64,000 bases of DNA from Hypanus sabinus (Eukaryota), in the NCBI RefSeq assembly GCF_030144855.1, contig NC_082721.1:43524001-43588000 (forward strand), written 5' to 3'. This document shows, piece after piece, positions 25,822-41,100 of this stretch; position 1 is the stretch's first letter, and each line of letters begins with the position of its first letter. Below the pieces are notes generated by a model, which saw only the letters and a program-made list of their open reading frames with translations, did no database searches and was not told the DNA's origin. Made by a program: the position numbers and the translations under genes.

Positions 25822-28815
25822 ATAACCATATAACAATTACAGTACAGAAACAGGCTATCTCGTCCCTTCTAGCCCATGCCGAATGCTTACTTTCACCTCG
25901 TCTCACTGGCCCGCACTCAGACCATAACTCTCCATTCATTTCCTGTCCATTTACCTATCCAATTTTACTTTAAATGACAATACCGAACCTGCCTCTACCA
26001 CTTCTACTGGGAGCTCGATCCACATAGCTACCACTCTGAGTAAAGAAGTTCCCCCTTGTGTTACCCTTAAAGTTTTGCCCCCTAACTCTCAACTCATGTC
26101 CTCCTGTTTGAATCTCCTCTACTCTCAATGGAAAAAGCCTATCCATGTCAACTCTATCTATCCCCCTCATAATTTTAAATACCTCTATCAAGTTCCCCCT
26201 CAACCTTCTATGCTCCAAAGAATAAAAACTTAACTTGTTCAACCTTTCCCTGTAACTTAGGTGCTCAAATCCAGGTAACATTCTAGTAAATTTTCTCTGT
26301 ACTCTCTCTATTTTGTTGACATCTTTCCTATAATTCGGTGACCAGAACTGTGCACAATACTCCAAATTCAAACTTACCAATGCCTTGTACAATGTTAACA
26401 TTACATCCCAACTCCTAAACTCAATGGCCAGCATTCCAAAAGATTTCTTCACCACCTTATCCACATGAGATTCCACCCTCAGGGAACTATGCACCATTAT
26501 TCCTAGATCACTCTATTCTACTGCATTCTACCATTTACTATGTATGTCCTATTTGGATTATTCCTACCAAAATGTAGCACCTCACACTTATCAGCATTAA
26601 ACTCCATCTGCCATCATTCAGCCCACTCTTCTAACTGGACTAAATCTCTCTGCAAGCTTTGAAAACCTACTTCATTATCCACAACACCACCTAACTTAGT
26701 ATCATCTGCATACTTACTAATCCAATTTACCACCCCATCATCCAGATCATTAATGTATATGACAAACAACATTGGACCCAGTGCAGATCCCTGAGGCACA
26801 CCACTAGTTACTGGCATTCAACATGACAAAGAGTTATCCACCACTATTCTCTGGCATCTCCCATCCAGCCACTGTCGAATCCATTTTACTACTTCAATAT
26901 TAATACCCAACGATTGAACCTTCCTAACTAACTTTCCATGCGGAACCTTGTCAAAATCCTTACTGAAGTCCATATAGACAACATCCACTGCTTTACCCGT
27001 ATAAACTTTCCTCATAATCTCTTCAAAAAATTCAATAAGATTTGTCAAACATGACTTTCCACGCAAATAAATCCATGCTGACTGTTCCTAATCAGACCTT
27101 GTCTATCCAGATAATTATATATACCATCTCTAAGAATACTTTCCATTAATTTACCTGCCACTGACATCAAACTGACAGGCCTATAATTGCTAGGTTCACT
27201 CTTAGAACCCTTTTTAAACAATGGAACTACATGAGCATTACACCAATCCTCCAGCATAATTCCCGTTTCTAATGACATTTGAAATATTTCTGTCAGAGCC
27301 CCTGCTATTTCTACACTAACTTCCCTCAAGGTCGTAGGGAATATCCTGTCTCGACCCAGAGATTTATCCACTTTTATATTCCTTAAAAGTGCCAGTACTT
27401 CCTCCTCTGTAATTGTCAGTTTCCATAACTTCCCTACTTGTTTCCCTTACCTTACTCAATTCAATATCCTTCTCCTTAGTGAATACCAAAGAAATGGTTC
27501 AAAATCTCCCCCATCTCTTTTGGCTCCACACATAGCTGTCCACTCTGATTCTCTAAGGGACCAATTTTATCCCTCACTATCCTTTTGCTATTAATATAAC
27601 TGTAGAAACCCTTTGGGTTTATTTTCACCTTACTTGCCAAAGCAACCCTGTAACTTATTTTAGCTTTTCTAATTTCTTTCTTAAGATTCTTTTTACATTC
27701 TTTATATTCCTTGAGCACGTCAGTTACTCCACACTGCCTATATTTATTCTAGATATCTCTCTTTTCCCTAACCAAGTTTCCAATATCCTTTGAAAACCAT
27801 GTCTCAAACTTTTAACCTTACCGTTGAACCTAACAGGAATATAAAGATTCTGTACCCTCAAAATTTCACTTTAAATGACCCCCATTTCTCTATTACATCC
27901 TTCCCATAAAACAAATTGTCCTAATCCACTCCTTCTAAATCCTTTCACATCTCCTCAAAGCTAGCCTTTCTCCAATCAAAAATCTCAACCCTGGGTCCAG
28001 TCCTAAACTTCTCCATAATTGTATTGAAATTAATGGCATTGAGATGATGGACCCGAAGTGCTTCCCAATGCATGCCTCCGTCACCTGACCTATTTCATTC
28101 CCTAACAGGGGAAACAACACCGTCCCTTCTCTAGTCAGTACCTCTATGTATTGCTGCAAAAAACTATCCTGCACACATTTTACAAACTCCAAACCACCCA
28201 TCCCTTTTACAGTCTGGGCTTGCCAGTCTATGTGTGGAAAATTAAAATCTCCCAGAATCACAACCGTGTTCTTACTACAAATATCTGCTATCTCCTTGCA
28301 AATTTGCTCCTCCAATTCTCGCTCCCCATTAGGTGGTCTATAATACACCCCTATAAGTCTTACTACACCTTTCCCATTCCTCAATTCCACCCACATAGTC
28401 TCCCTAGATGAGCCCTCTGATCTATCCTGCCAGCACACCGCAGTAATATTTTCTCTGACAAGCAACACAACACCTCCCCCTCTTTTCCCTCTGATTCTAT
28501 CACTCCTAAAACAACGAAATCCAGGAATATTTAGTTGCCAATCACGTCCCTCCCGCAACCATGTTTCACGGATAGCTACAACATCATATTTCCATGCATC
28601 AACCCATGCTCTAAGCTCATCCACCTTTCTTACAATGCTCCTAGCATTAAAACAAATGCATTTAAGAAATTCTCCACCACTTCCTCTCTGTTTATCTCTA
28701 ACAGTACAAAGAACTTTACTGTCTTCTTTTTCTTCCTTCTCCCATACACCTGTTCCTACACTCTGGTTCCCCTCCCCCCTCATATCTAGTTTAAATCCAC
28801 TGGACCGTCTCTAGC
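25822..28815 (-). mobile_element. CR1 LINE ORF2, 5'-truncated, disrupted
   Basis: APE 27935-28783 (CFNARS, IRETW, GDFN) and RT fragments (YMDFSKDFD, YADD); 3' tail near 25822. Confidence 0.9.
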
Positions 28816-30555
28816 AAACCTTTGTGATATTTGATTTTCATTTTTGGAATCTTTTTTATTGGTACATAATCTTCTACAGCTATACAATGATACAAAACTT
28901 CAACAAATTAATAAAGCTGAATAAAAAAAGCTGATCATAATATATAAAAATGTAAAAATATATAAGGAAAAGAAGGATAAAAAAGAATCCCATCTAACTA
29001 AGAAAAAAAAACCCACTGACTACAAAAATGGGGGAAAATTCCATTAGGATTCAACCCCCGGAGCAATACGTCTTACCATCATCTATATATAAAGAAAAAG
29101 AATCATCAACCACCAATTTAAATTTGTATAGAATAAGTTTGGAAGGAAACCATATAAAATAATTCAAATTAAATGATAATATTTAGCAAGAGAGCCACAT
29201 CTTCTCTTAAAGCCAAATCGGGGATCAAAAGTTCTAAATATATATTTTTCCAATCTGAGACATAACATTACTTGAGAAAACCATTCAATTAATGTAGGGA
29301 CAGAGGTATCTTTCCATTTTAATAAAATAGCCCTTCTTGCCAATAATGTAACAAATGCAATTCCACGTTGTTCTGAAGATGAAATACCCTGAATATGATG
29401 TGGAAATATTATAGAACGGTCAGTCTATTGGGTTATAAATTAATTTTCAGAGCTTTAGTAATTGTAGAAAATAAAGATTTCCAAAACGATTTTAAAGAAG
29501 AACATGCCCAGAACATATGTGACAAAGTAGCTACTTCAGTTGTGCACCTATCACAGCAGTTGTCTATACTAGGGAATATTTTAGATAGTCTCTCCTTTGT
29601 TAAGTAATAACAGTGAACAGATTTAAACTGAAGTAAACAGTGATTGGCACACATAGAAGAATTTACGTTTTTCAAAACTTGTAACCAATCTTCATTAACA
29701 AAGGTCATATTAAGTTCTCTCTCCCAATCTTGTTTAATCTTTAGTGAGAGGTTCTCTTTTTGTAACAAAAGTAAATTATAAATTCTGCTAATGGAACCTA
29801 ATGGATTCAACTTCAAGATGATATCCAACAAACCAGATTCTTGCAAGTATAGAAACCTAGATAAATATTTCTGTAAAGAGTGTCTAACCTGAAGATATTG
29901 CAGAAAATGTGTACGAGCAAGAGAACATTTGTTAATTAACTCTTCAAAAGTCATCAATCAACCATCACAAAATAAACCCGTGAAAGATCATATCCCTTTA
30001 TTGCTCCAAAGGAGAAAAATGGGAATGGTTATTGAAGGTTTAAATAAAAAGTTTTGATATAAAAGACTAGACAACTTAAGTTGATAAAAATTTAAAAAAT
30101 TGTGAAGCTGAAACCAAATACTTAAGGAGTGTTTAATAACAGGGTAAAGATTTAAATTCAGAATTTTAGAGAATTGTAAAGGTAATGGAACTCCTAACAT
30201 TGAAGTCAAATGAAATTGTTTAACAGCTTTTAATTCCAAATCAACCCATAGTGGTTTGTGGCTCTTGTCGAGCCAATATAGCCAAAAACATAATTCTCTG
30301 ATATTAACTGCCCAATAATAGTCTTAAATTAGTAAGTGCAAGTCCACCATCTTTTTCAGATTTTTGTAAATGATACTTATTAATTCTTGGTCTCTTATTG
30401 TTCCAAATAAAGGAAGAAGAGAGAGTCAGTTTGATCAAAAAGAAATTTAGTTAAAAAGATAGATATATTTTGGAAAATATATAAAAATCTAGGTAAAGTC
30501 ATCATTTTCATGGCATGGGTGTGACCTATTAAAGAGAGAGTAAGTGGATTCCATC

Positions 30556-33500
30556 TGTTACGTACTCGTGACATGACAGTGGTACCCTTGTCACGTGACT
30601 GGGGTTGAAGCTATACTGGACTTGAGATAATGATCTTGTGATGGTGGAGTGATGTCTTTTTCCCGCAAGTAGAGATCATGTGACAGGTTTTTTACAGGTT
30701 ATAAAAGGAAGACCCCACCCTGTGAGGAGGGGCAGTTCGTGGCTGGATTTGCCAAGTTGACTTCATGCCACTGCATGATTTAATGTGATGACGCAGTTTA
30801 GTTGAAAGATGAAGTTTTATCTAATGCCTAAAGGTTAAAAGGTCATTGCCAGCAGTTTCTTTACAATACTGCCAGTTGAGAAATCAGTGGAGAGTGAAGA
30901 TCGGAGTTCGGGAGTTAAAGATCGAGGAGAATCGATTTACGATGGTGAAACGGGTTCGACCGTATTTAATCCTTATTCGGAAAGGATTCGTTGACTGTTC
31001 TCGTGTTAATCTCTGCGGGATAGCAGAAGATTGAGGACAGTGTGATAAAGGACAGGTCAGTGCCTTTAAGCCGTTTCGTTTCGTTTCGTAAACTCTTCGT
31101 GGGAATTTCGACGTCGGGAATTGAAGCAAAACGACGTGAATGATAATTTAAATTGTCTTATAAAGTCTCTCCTTTTAAATGGACTGTGAGCATTTTTGAA
31201 GTTTTGGCAATACTACTTTAAAGAACTGTTTTTGCAACATCGCTTTAAGAACTGTTTGATCTGCCGCACAGCAGCTGTTTCCAGTTACGTTAGTGCTTGT
31301 TTACTTTTGGGGGGGTTTGTTTTCAGTGTTCAATAAAATTGTTGTTGTTAAAAAAAAACCCTTGCCTAACTCATATATTTATTGTTGCCTGATTACGTAA
31401 CATAAATATAGTGGCTCGTCCGGAATTGGATCATTTGAGTTTAAACGCTTGCTGACTTTTGAATCGGTGTTTTGGAAAAGGGGAATACTCGATTCTTTTG
31501 TTTGATTGGCTTGTGAGTGTTATTCGGCAACAATGAATGTTGATGAGTTTCTGGTTTCGCCAGGTGCGGAAAAAGACTGAAGTGTCTGAGATTGCTCGTA
31601 GATTGCAACTTAAAGGTATTTTGACGACTACATCAAAGGCTGTGATACAGAGAAAAATCACGTCACAGTATGTGGATTCGGGTGTTTTGATGATTCGGTT
31701 TTAGAGTCATTTCCAATAAGTAATCTAGAGATGCAGTTGCAAATCGAACAAATGATGTTAGAGCGTTGTAAATTAGAGGCTGAACAAAAACAGAAAGAAT
31801 TTGAATATGCAATGGAGAAATTAAGGTCTGTGAATCAGTCTTCTGGTTCTAGAAAACTGTTTGTTGCTAGTCAAGAAATTAAATTGGTCCCTCCATTTAG
31901 TGAAACAGAAGTGGAAAATATTTTCAACATTTTGATACTATTGCTCGGATGTCGGAGTGGCCGAGAGATAGATGGTCAGTGTTACATAGTGTAATTAAAG
32001 GTAAAGCACAACAAGTTTACACAGCTTTAAGTGATGTGCAAGCACTTGATTATGATATTGTGAAAATGCATATCCTAAAAGCATACGAAGCTTATAGGGA
32101 AAGATTCAGAAGTTTGAAAAAGTCTGTGGAAAAAAACTTATGTGGAATTTGCCTATGATAAAGCTGTGTGTTTTGAGTGATGGGTTTCTTCTAAAAATGT
32201 AAATGGGGACTATGATACATTGAGAGAGCTGATTTTAATGGAGGAATTTAAAAGAAGTATCCCTGTTGAAGTAAGGACCTACTTAAATGAGAGGGATATT
32301 GATAAATTGCAGGACTGTGCTAGATTAGCTGATGAGTATGTTTTAATCAATAAGAATAAATTTGCTCAGTGCAGAATTTTTAAGAGGAAAAATAACATGG
32401 AGACTCAAGGTAAATCAGAAATTAAATCAGAAGTTAATGAGAAAGGTAAGGAGGAAGGAAAGCCTATGAAGGAAAGACAGTTTGGTCTTATTTGTAACTA
32501 TTGTAAGAAACCTGGCCATGTAATAGCTAACTATTTCAGATTGAAAAAGAAAGAGAAGGAAGCAGTTCCAGATGCTTGTGTGCAACATACTGAAGCACCT
32601 GTAAAGTTACAGGGTTTGATAAACACAAATGAGGCTTTGTTAGTGTCTGACCAGCTTAGAATGGGATATGATCATTACATAACTGAAGGGTTTGTATCCT
32701 TGAAAGAAGGATCTACTCTGGTGCCAATAAAAATCCTTAGGGATACTGGTGCTTCTCAATAACTGATGTTAGACAGTGTGTTGAAGTTTAATGAAGAGTC
32801 TGATACTGGTGAGGTAAATTACATAAGAGGTGTTGGGAGTGATTTTATGCCTGTATATTTACATAAAGTAAATTTAAAGTCAGGGTTAGTTACAGGATTT
32901 GTTAAAGTAGGATTACAGCATAGCTTACCTGTGAAGGGTATTTCTTTATTGTTAGGTTATGACTTGGCAGGTGGACAAGTTTTTCCTGAAGGGCATGTGA
33001 CAATGGAGTTAGAGGAACCAGAGTTGAATTCTAACACAGATTCTTCCTGTGTTGTGACTAGAGCTATGGCTAAAAAGATTGATGTGCAGAATGAGGTTGT
33101 TACTCAGGACTGTTCAACTCAGGATTCGAGTTTTGAGGGTGTGTGATAAGATTTTCTTATCTTCGTTGTTTGAACAAGATTCTTGGAGTAAGTCTGACTA
33201 TGAAGATTTATCTCTGTCTCGGAAGGAGATGATAGCAGAGCAGAATAAAGACTCGGAGATTATAAAATTAAGAGAGCAAGCTTTACTAGATAGTGAAATT
33301 GAGAAGGTGCCAGTAGGATATTGCTTGGAAAAAGGAGTGTTGATGAGGAAGTGGAGATTGCCTACAATTCCTACAAGTGAGGATTGGAATGTTGTTTACC
33401 AGGTAGTTGTCCCTAAAGTTTATCGAAATGAGATTTTGACTTTAGCTCATAGTGTGCCTTTAGGTGGACATCAAGGGGTACGGAAAACCGTGGACAAGAT

Positions 33501-36500
33501 ATTAAAATATTTTTACTGGCCTGGTTTAAGAAAAGATGTGGCAATGTTTTGTAAAACATGCCATACTTGTCAAATTGTGGGTAAACCAAATCAGGTTACA
33601 CCAGTAGCTCCATTACAACCTTTTCCAGCATTTGTTGAACCGTTTTCTAAAGTTATTGTAGATTGTATTGGTCCATTACCAAAGACAAAAACTGGTTATC
33701 AGTATTTGTTGTCTATCATGTGTACTTCGTCTAGGTTTCCAGAGGCAGTACCACTTAGGAATATAAAAGCTAAAACTGTGACAAAGGCCCTTATAAAATT
33801 TTTTACTTAGTTTGGATTACCTAAGGAAATATAAAACTGGTCAAGGCAGTAATTTTATGTCTGGATTGTTTCAACAGATAGTTTATAAATTGGGAGCTAA
33901 GCAAATTACTTCGTCTGCATACCATCCAGAGTCGCAAGGTGCCTTGGAGAGGTTTCATTCTACCCTCAAGAATATGATTAGGACATATTGTGTGGAAAAT
34001 GAAAGTGACTGGGATGAGGGTATAAACTTACTTTTATTTGCAGTAAGGGAATCGGTACAGGTATCTTTAGGTTTTAGTCCATTTGAACTTGTGTTTGGGC
34101 ATAGAGTTAGAGGACCTTTAGCTTTATTGAAAGAACAATGGATTAGTAAGGAAGTACACACTAATTTGTTGGACTATGTTTTGAAATTTAAGGACAGGCT
34201 ACATAAAACTTGTAGCTTAGCCAAGGAAAATTTAAAGTTGGCTCAGGAGAAAATGAAGACTTGGTATGAAAAAGAAGCTAGGATGAGGATGTTTAAGTCT
34301 GGAGATAAGGTGTTGGTTCTTTTCCCAGTGCAGACAAATCCTTTACAAGCTAAATTTCATGGTCCTTATGAAATTGTGTTTAAAATCAATGATGTGGATT
34401 ACGTGATAAAAACTCCAGATCGTAGAAGGTCAACACAACTTTGCCATATAAATATGTTGAAACCATATTTTGAGAAACAATCTGATACTGTGACTGTTGT
34501 GGTTAGTGAGAATGAGTTTGATTTAACTAGGAATATGATAGATGATTCATCTGAATTTCATTCTAAATCCAACATTGTTTCTGTTAGGTTACCAAATTCA
34601 ACCATTCTGGAAAATATTGATGAGAAATTAGCACATTTACAGCTAAAGCAGAAACAACAGATGAAGGAATTAATTATTAAATATAAGGAATTGTTTCCAG
34701 ATGTTCCGAGAAGGACTACTATAGCTTCACATGATGTAGATGTTGGAGATACCAAACCTATCAAACAACATCCATATAGGATGAACATAGAAAAATGTGA
34801 ACTTGCTGAGAAAGAAATTGAATATATGTGAGAGAATAATATTATTAGACATTCTAACTCGAATTGGAGTTCGCCATGTGTTATGGTGCCAAATCCAGAT
34901 GGTAGTATTAGGTTTTGTATGGACTATAGGAAGGTTAATGCTGTAACAAAAACAGATGCATATCCAATTCCTAGAGTAGATGATTGTGTAGATAAAGTTG
35001 GAAAAGCAAAGTTCCTTACAAAGATTGATTTATTGAAAGGGTATTGGTGTGTTCCATTAACGGACAGAGGTAGAGAGATTTCTGCATTTGTAACTCCACC
35101 TGGGTTATATGAGTATAATGTTCTTCCATTTGGGATGAAGAATGCCCCGGGTACTTTCCAGAGGATGATTAACTCTGTGATTTAGGGATTGAAAGATACT
35201 GATGCTTAGATTGATGATTTAGTGACAGGAAATTATACTTGGGAAGCACACATTATTGCGGTGGAGAAATTGTTTGAAAGGCTTTCAAAAGCTAACTTAA
35301 CTACTAATTTAGCTAAGAGTGAATTTGGACATGCCACTTTGACTTACCTTGTTAATATTGTAGGTTAAGGTAAGGTAGCTCCTGTTCAGGCAAAAGTTCG
35401 GGCAATTTTAGAGATTCCCATTCCAACGGGGAAAAAAACTCTCAGAAGATTCTTGGGAATGGTAGGATATTATCGAAAACTTTGTAAGAATTTTGCTAAT
35501 GTTGCCCTTCCATTAACTAACCTTCTGCAGAAGAATGTGAAGTTTATGTGGACAGTGCCTTGTCAAGAAGCGTTTGAGAAATTGAAAATAATGATATGTC
35601 AACAACCTGTGCTTAAGGCACCTGACTTTGAAAAACCCTTTTCATTGGCTGTGGATGCTAGTGATGAGGCTGCAGGAGCAGTATTAATGCAAAGGAATGA
35701 GGGTGATGAGGTTAATCATCCAGTAGCTTACTTTTCTAATAAGTTTAATAAGCGTCAAAGAAGCTATTCGAGAATAGAGAAAGAATTGTTATCTCTTGTT
35801 TTAGCTTTGGAATATTTTGAGGTACTGCCAAGCACATCATTGGAGCCTCCCTGCCCTCTATTGTGGACCTGTACTCTTCCAGGTTGAAGAAGAGGGTGGG
35901 GAACATCATAAAGGACTCCTTCCATCCTGCGCATGGACTGTTTGAACTGCTTCCGTCTGGTAGGCGCTTCAGATCCCTCCAGACTAAGACTAATAGGCAC
36001 ATGAGAAGTTTTTTCCCTACTGCGGTCACTTTGCTGAACAGTTAACTGCCGGTTAACTGTCACCTAACTATTACTTGGATTGCACTACCTGTATGTATAA
36101 TCTATATTTTCGTTTATATTTATCATTATTATTGTTATGAGCAGAAAGACAACATCTGCCGGAAGTAAATTCCTTGTATGTGCATAGGTACTTGGCAATT
36201 AAATTCTGATTCTGATTCTACTGTATTGTGAGTTATAAGCTGTTATATGATGGTGTTGTATATTATGTATGTTATAAAATTTATACATTTGTTTTTCTTG
36301 TAAGCAATTGTTAAAAATTTTTGTTCTTGTCAGACCAAAAATGTTTTTTTTGGAGGGAGGTGTTACGTACTCGTGACGTGACTGGGGTTGAAGCTATACT
36401 GGACTTGAAGTAATGGTCTTGTGATGGTGGAGTGACGTCATTTTCCCGCCAGTAGAGATCATGTGACAGATTTTTTTTACAGGTTATAAAAGGAAGACCC

Positions 36501-37207
36501 CACGCTGTGAGGAGGGGCAGTTCGTGGCTGGATTTGCCAAGTTGACTTCATGCCACTGCATGATTTAATGTGATGACGCAGTTTAGTTGAAAGATGAAGT
36601 TTTATCTAATGCCTAAGGTTTAAAAGGTCATTGCCAGCGGGTTCTTTACAATACCACCAGTTGAGAAATCAGTGGAGAGTGAAGATCGGAGTTCGGGAGT
36701 TAAAGATCGAGGAGAATCGATTTACGATGGTGAAACGGGTTCAACCTTATTTAATCCTTATTCGGAAAGGAATTCGTTGACTGTTCTCATGTTAATCTCT
36801 GCGGGATAGCAGAAGATTGAGGACAGTGTGATAAAGGAAAGGTCAGTGCCTTCAAGCCGTTTCATTTCGTAAATTCCTCGTGGGAAGTTCGACATCGGGA
36901 ATCGAAGCAAAACGACGTGAAAGAGAATTTAAATCGTCCTATAAAGTCTCTCCTTTTAAAATGACTGTGAGCATTTTTGAACTTTTGGCAATACTACTTT
37001 AAAGAACTGTTTTTGCAACATCGCTTTCAGAACTGTTTGAGCTACATCGCTTTAAGAACCTTTTGAGCTGCTGCACAGCAGCTGTTTCCGGTTACGTTAG
37101 TGTTTGTTTACATTTGGGGGGTTTGTTTTCAGTGTTCAATAAAAGTGTTGTTTGTTTAAAAAAAACCCTTGCCCAACTCATATTTATTGTTGCCTGTTTA
37201 CGTAACA
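30556..37207 (+). mobile_element. Gmr1-type Gypsy LTR retrotransposon (gag-PR-INT-RT-RH order), multiple stops
   Basis: LTRs 30556-31402 and 36361-37207; perfect 4-bp TSD CATC; tRNA-Pro-like PBS GTGGCTCGTCCGGAATT; PPT GGAGGGAGG; integrase (33079-34831) precedes RT (34883-35450) and RNase H. Confidence 0.95.
35823..36219 (+). mobile_element. Rex1/Babar 3' fragment inside the Gypsy RNase H
   Basis: DLYSSRLKKRVGNIIKDSFHPAHGLFELLPSGRRFRS (DUF1891-like); (TTCTGA)n tail. Confidence 0.85.
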
Positions 37208-37270
37208 CATCTAGAAAATAGTTGTTTCATGGAGTCCATTAAAGGAACTATATTAGCTTTATTAAGATCT

Positions 37271-38108
37271 TGTCAGGAGCGGGGACAGTAATGGACCCAA
37301 ATGCAGGACGCAGGCACTGAAGTAATAGGGGTAGGACAGCATGGGGACGCCATGGCATGCAAGGGGTAATGCAGACGGGGATGGATCCCGGAGGTCAGGC
37401 GGGGCAGGGCAGAATCCGAGAGTGCAGGCAGAAAGCGGGGTCTTGAGGTAGATGGCTTGGCTGGAGGAGAGACCTCCCCCACAGGCAGGCCGCATATATA
37501 CCGGGTAGGGCTGCTTCTCAGGACAAAACACGGAGGCCTGGGCAAGACTCGGTCTCCTAGGCAGGTGCGGGGCACAATCCATCTGAAGCACGGGGGCGGG
37601 GGGGGGGGGGTGAGAAAGGGGCAGAACACCCCTCTGGGTAGCGGTAGTCCCGCTGGACCTGCCTGACGGAGGCAAAGAGGCAGAACAGGGACTAGGTCCA
37701 GGGTGACCAGCACGACAGCCATGATCCCCAGGTAACTCGGAAGAGGCAGGTAGACAGCGCAAGCAAGGAGAAACGGGTGGAACAGCGGGACCAACGCATG
37801 CAAGAAAGCAGGGGAACAAGACAAACCAGGACAGAACAAATACAGAGAAGGTCGGAACCTGGGCAAGGTAAACGGAATGCGGAGCAGGTCAGAACCTGGG
37901 CAGGGTTAACAGGATTCAGAGCAAATGACCACCCGCCAGGTCTCAGTCCCAAGGCCCCTTATAAACACCTGCAGCTGAATTGGCCACAGGTGTGCCTTCC
38001 TGAGCCAGGAGGATCCTAACTGGCTCAAGGGTGACGTGAGGGACAGCTGCAAGACCCGGAGTCCGCGGACTGGATCAAGACCCGGAACGCGGGCTCCGGA
38101 CCCCGACA
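37271..38108. mobile_element. Solo LTR (838 bp) inserted in L1
   Basis: TG...CA ends; perfect 5-bp TSD GATCT. Confidence 0.85.
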
Positions 38109-41100
38109 GATCTTTATATCTAAATATTTAAAAGTACTAACAATTCTAAAAAGGAATATCATATCATAAAAACAGGGGTATTTGATGGAAACAATTCACT
38201 TTTATTCAAGTTAAGTTTATATCCTGAAAATTTACATAAATCTTTTAGTGTTTCCAAAAGATTAGGAATTGATTCCTCAAGATTCCAAATAAAAACCAAA
38301 AGATCATCTGCACAAAGAGAAATCTTATGTATGGTTCCATTCATAGAGATACCATGAATATTTTTAGCTTCACGCAGTGTTATGGCCAAAGGCTCCAATA
38401 CAAGATTAAATAATAAAAAATCTTAATGGACATCCCTCTCTAGTACCACGAGAAAGTGAAAAAGGACTTGAAATTATTAGTAATAACCATGGCAATAGGA
38501 TTCTTATAAATCATTTGAATCCACCCATTGAAATTATTATCAAAACCAAATTTTTCTAATACTTTAAAGAAATATGGCCACTCAACTCTATCAAATGCCT
38601 TTTCTGCGTCGAGAGAGATAACACATTGAGGTTGCTTAGATAATGGTGAATATATAAACATTAGAGAAAGGGTAACGGCCTTTAATAAAGCCTGTTTGAT
38701 CCATAGAGATGATTTTAGTTAAAAGATTTTCCGAGTGGTAAGCCTTTATCTGAGAGAGAATTTTTGTATCCACATTTAATAGCGAACTAGGTCTATATGA
38801 TGAACATTCAACAGGGTCTTTATCTTTCTTAAGGATTAAGGAAATAGATGCTTCATAAAAAGAAAAACGTAAACTACCCTTCTCAAAGGATTCATGAAAT
38901 ATTTCCAAAAGATACAGAGAAAGTAATCTTCAAATTTTTGTAAAATCCTACTGAATAACCATCAAATCCAGGAGCTCTACCTGATTGCATTAATAAAATA
39001 GCTTTCTGAATTTCATGCTCAGTAATTGGATCATTGTGCATCTGTTGATCTTCAAACAGAAATTTGAGGAAATTTAATCTTATGTAAAAAAACCTTCATT
39101 TTGGAGGAATCTGCAGGAAATTGAGATCTATAAAAATCTTGAAAAATATTATTAATATCTTCATATTTACTTGCTATATCTCCATTAGTTTTACAAATCT
39201 TTAAAATTTGTCGTTTAGCTCTAGCTGCTCTTAATTGAGAAGCTAAGAGTTTATTATTTTTTATCCCCAAAAATAAAATTTGACTTTTCAATTGAAACAA
39301 ATATCCTTTAATAGGATGTGTTAATAATAAATTATATTGTGATTGTAATTCTACTCTTCTTTTAAATGAAACAACATTTGGAGAGATTGTATTGATGTTA
39401 TCTAATTCTTTAATTTGTTTAGAGATTTTATCTAATTCCATTCTTGTTTGTTTCTTCAGTTTAGCTATATACAAAATACTCTGACCACGTAAACAGGCTT
39501 TTAATGAATCCCAAATTACTAACTTTGAGACATTTCCTGTATTATTAAAGAGAAAAAAAACACTTTTTCTGAGTTTCAATAAACTCAACAAATTCTGAAC
39601 TTTGTAACAAGTGTTCTGGAAAATGCCAAAATGGTCTGGTAGAAGAAATATCTTTCAGCTCAGATATTAGCTTTAAAGGAGCATGATCAGAGATAACAGT
39701 TGGATCATACTCACACTTCTGAACATTAAATAAAAGTCGAGGGTTGACTATGAAATAGTCGATTCTCGAATATTTATTATGAACATGTGAGAAAAAAAGA
39801 GTATTCTCTATTGCTAGGATGCATATGCCTCCAAATTTGAATTATACCATAATCAATTGAAAATGAATTAATATGTGATGCAGAACAATTAGGGAGTTGA
39901 TGTTTGGAGATGACTTATCCATTAAAGGATTTAAACAAGTATTATAATCACTACTCATTAATAACATATATTCATTTAAATCAGGTAATAGAGCAAAGAC
40001 AGCTATAAAAAATGAGGGATCATCAACACTTGGTCCATAAATATTATCAAAAACCATTTTCCTATTATAAATTATTCCTTTAACAATCAAAAATCTACCA
40101 TTAATATCAGCTGTCATATCCTTCTGATTAAAAGGTATATTGGAATCAATAAAAATAGAAACACCTCTAATTTTACTCTGAGAGTTTGCATGAAACTGAG
40201 GACTTACCAAGATTTAAAAAATCGATTTTTACCACATGCGTCTCCTGAGCAAAGATTATATCCGGTTGGAATCGGTTAATAATTTTAAATGTTTTATTAC
40301 ACTTAATAGAATGATTCCAACCACGGACATTCCAACTTAAAACATTTAACTGTTTAGATATTGTCATGAGACGTTGTATCTAAAAAGAGTAGTTAGATGC
40401 ATGTCAGAATAAGGTAGTCAAAAATGGTGGAGATGAACAATAATAATAATAATTTGCGTATGCTCCGTGATTCCATAATGAGGATAAAAAAACAGAAAAA
40501 AACCCACCCAAACTACAAAGCCTGGAAATAAGTCAAAATTGATCGAAGCAAGCCCCAAGAAAAGCATAGAAAGCAAATATAAACTCCACCTACCTAAATA
40601 AAAAAAGTGAAAATAGTGATCTCTGTCTCCCTCTACCGAACATAAAAGTCATTACAGTCAACATATTTCTCAATATAATTAAAATGGAAGGAACTGTTTT
40701 TTTTGTAAAGCAAAACGACCTTCAATTTTGAAAGTAACCTTCATAATATTAGATAAGGGAAGAAAAACACATCCAAAACAATTCTTGAAATATTTGTGCA
40801 AAAGAAAACCAATCGCCATCTTTAAATTATCCAATCTATCTTTAAAACACAAGGAAATCCAAATAATTACTTCAAAGATCTTTACAAATGCATATCTAAC
40901 AGAAAAAAAACAGTTAGTTCATTTAAATGCTGCACAGATAAAATTCTAGATGGTTGAAAATTATTTACAATCTTTCAACAGTTCTCCTGCTATGTCTTCT
41001 GAGGTTAAAACCATCCAAACCAGTGATTTTGAGAGATAAAAATACATTTTAAGGTAAAGACTTTGTATAACCATCAAATCCCCCAATTTCATTACTCTTT

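Noticed and set aside
37262-37866. 185-197 aa ORFs
   Set aside because: They lie inside a GC-rich solo LTR and are low-complexity.
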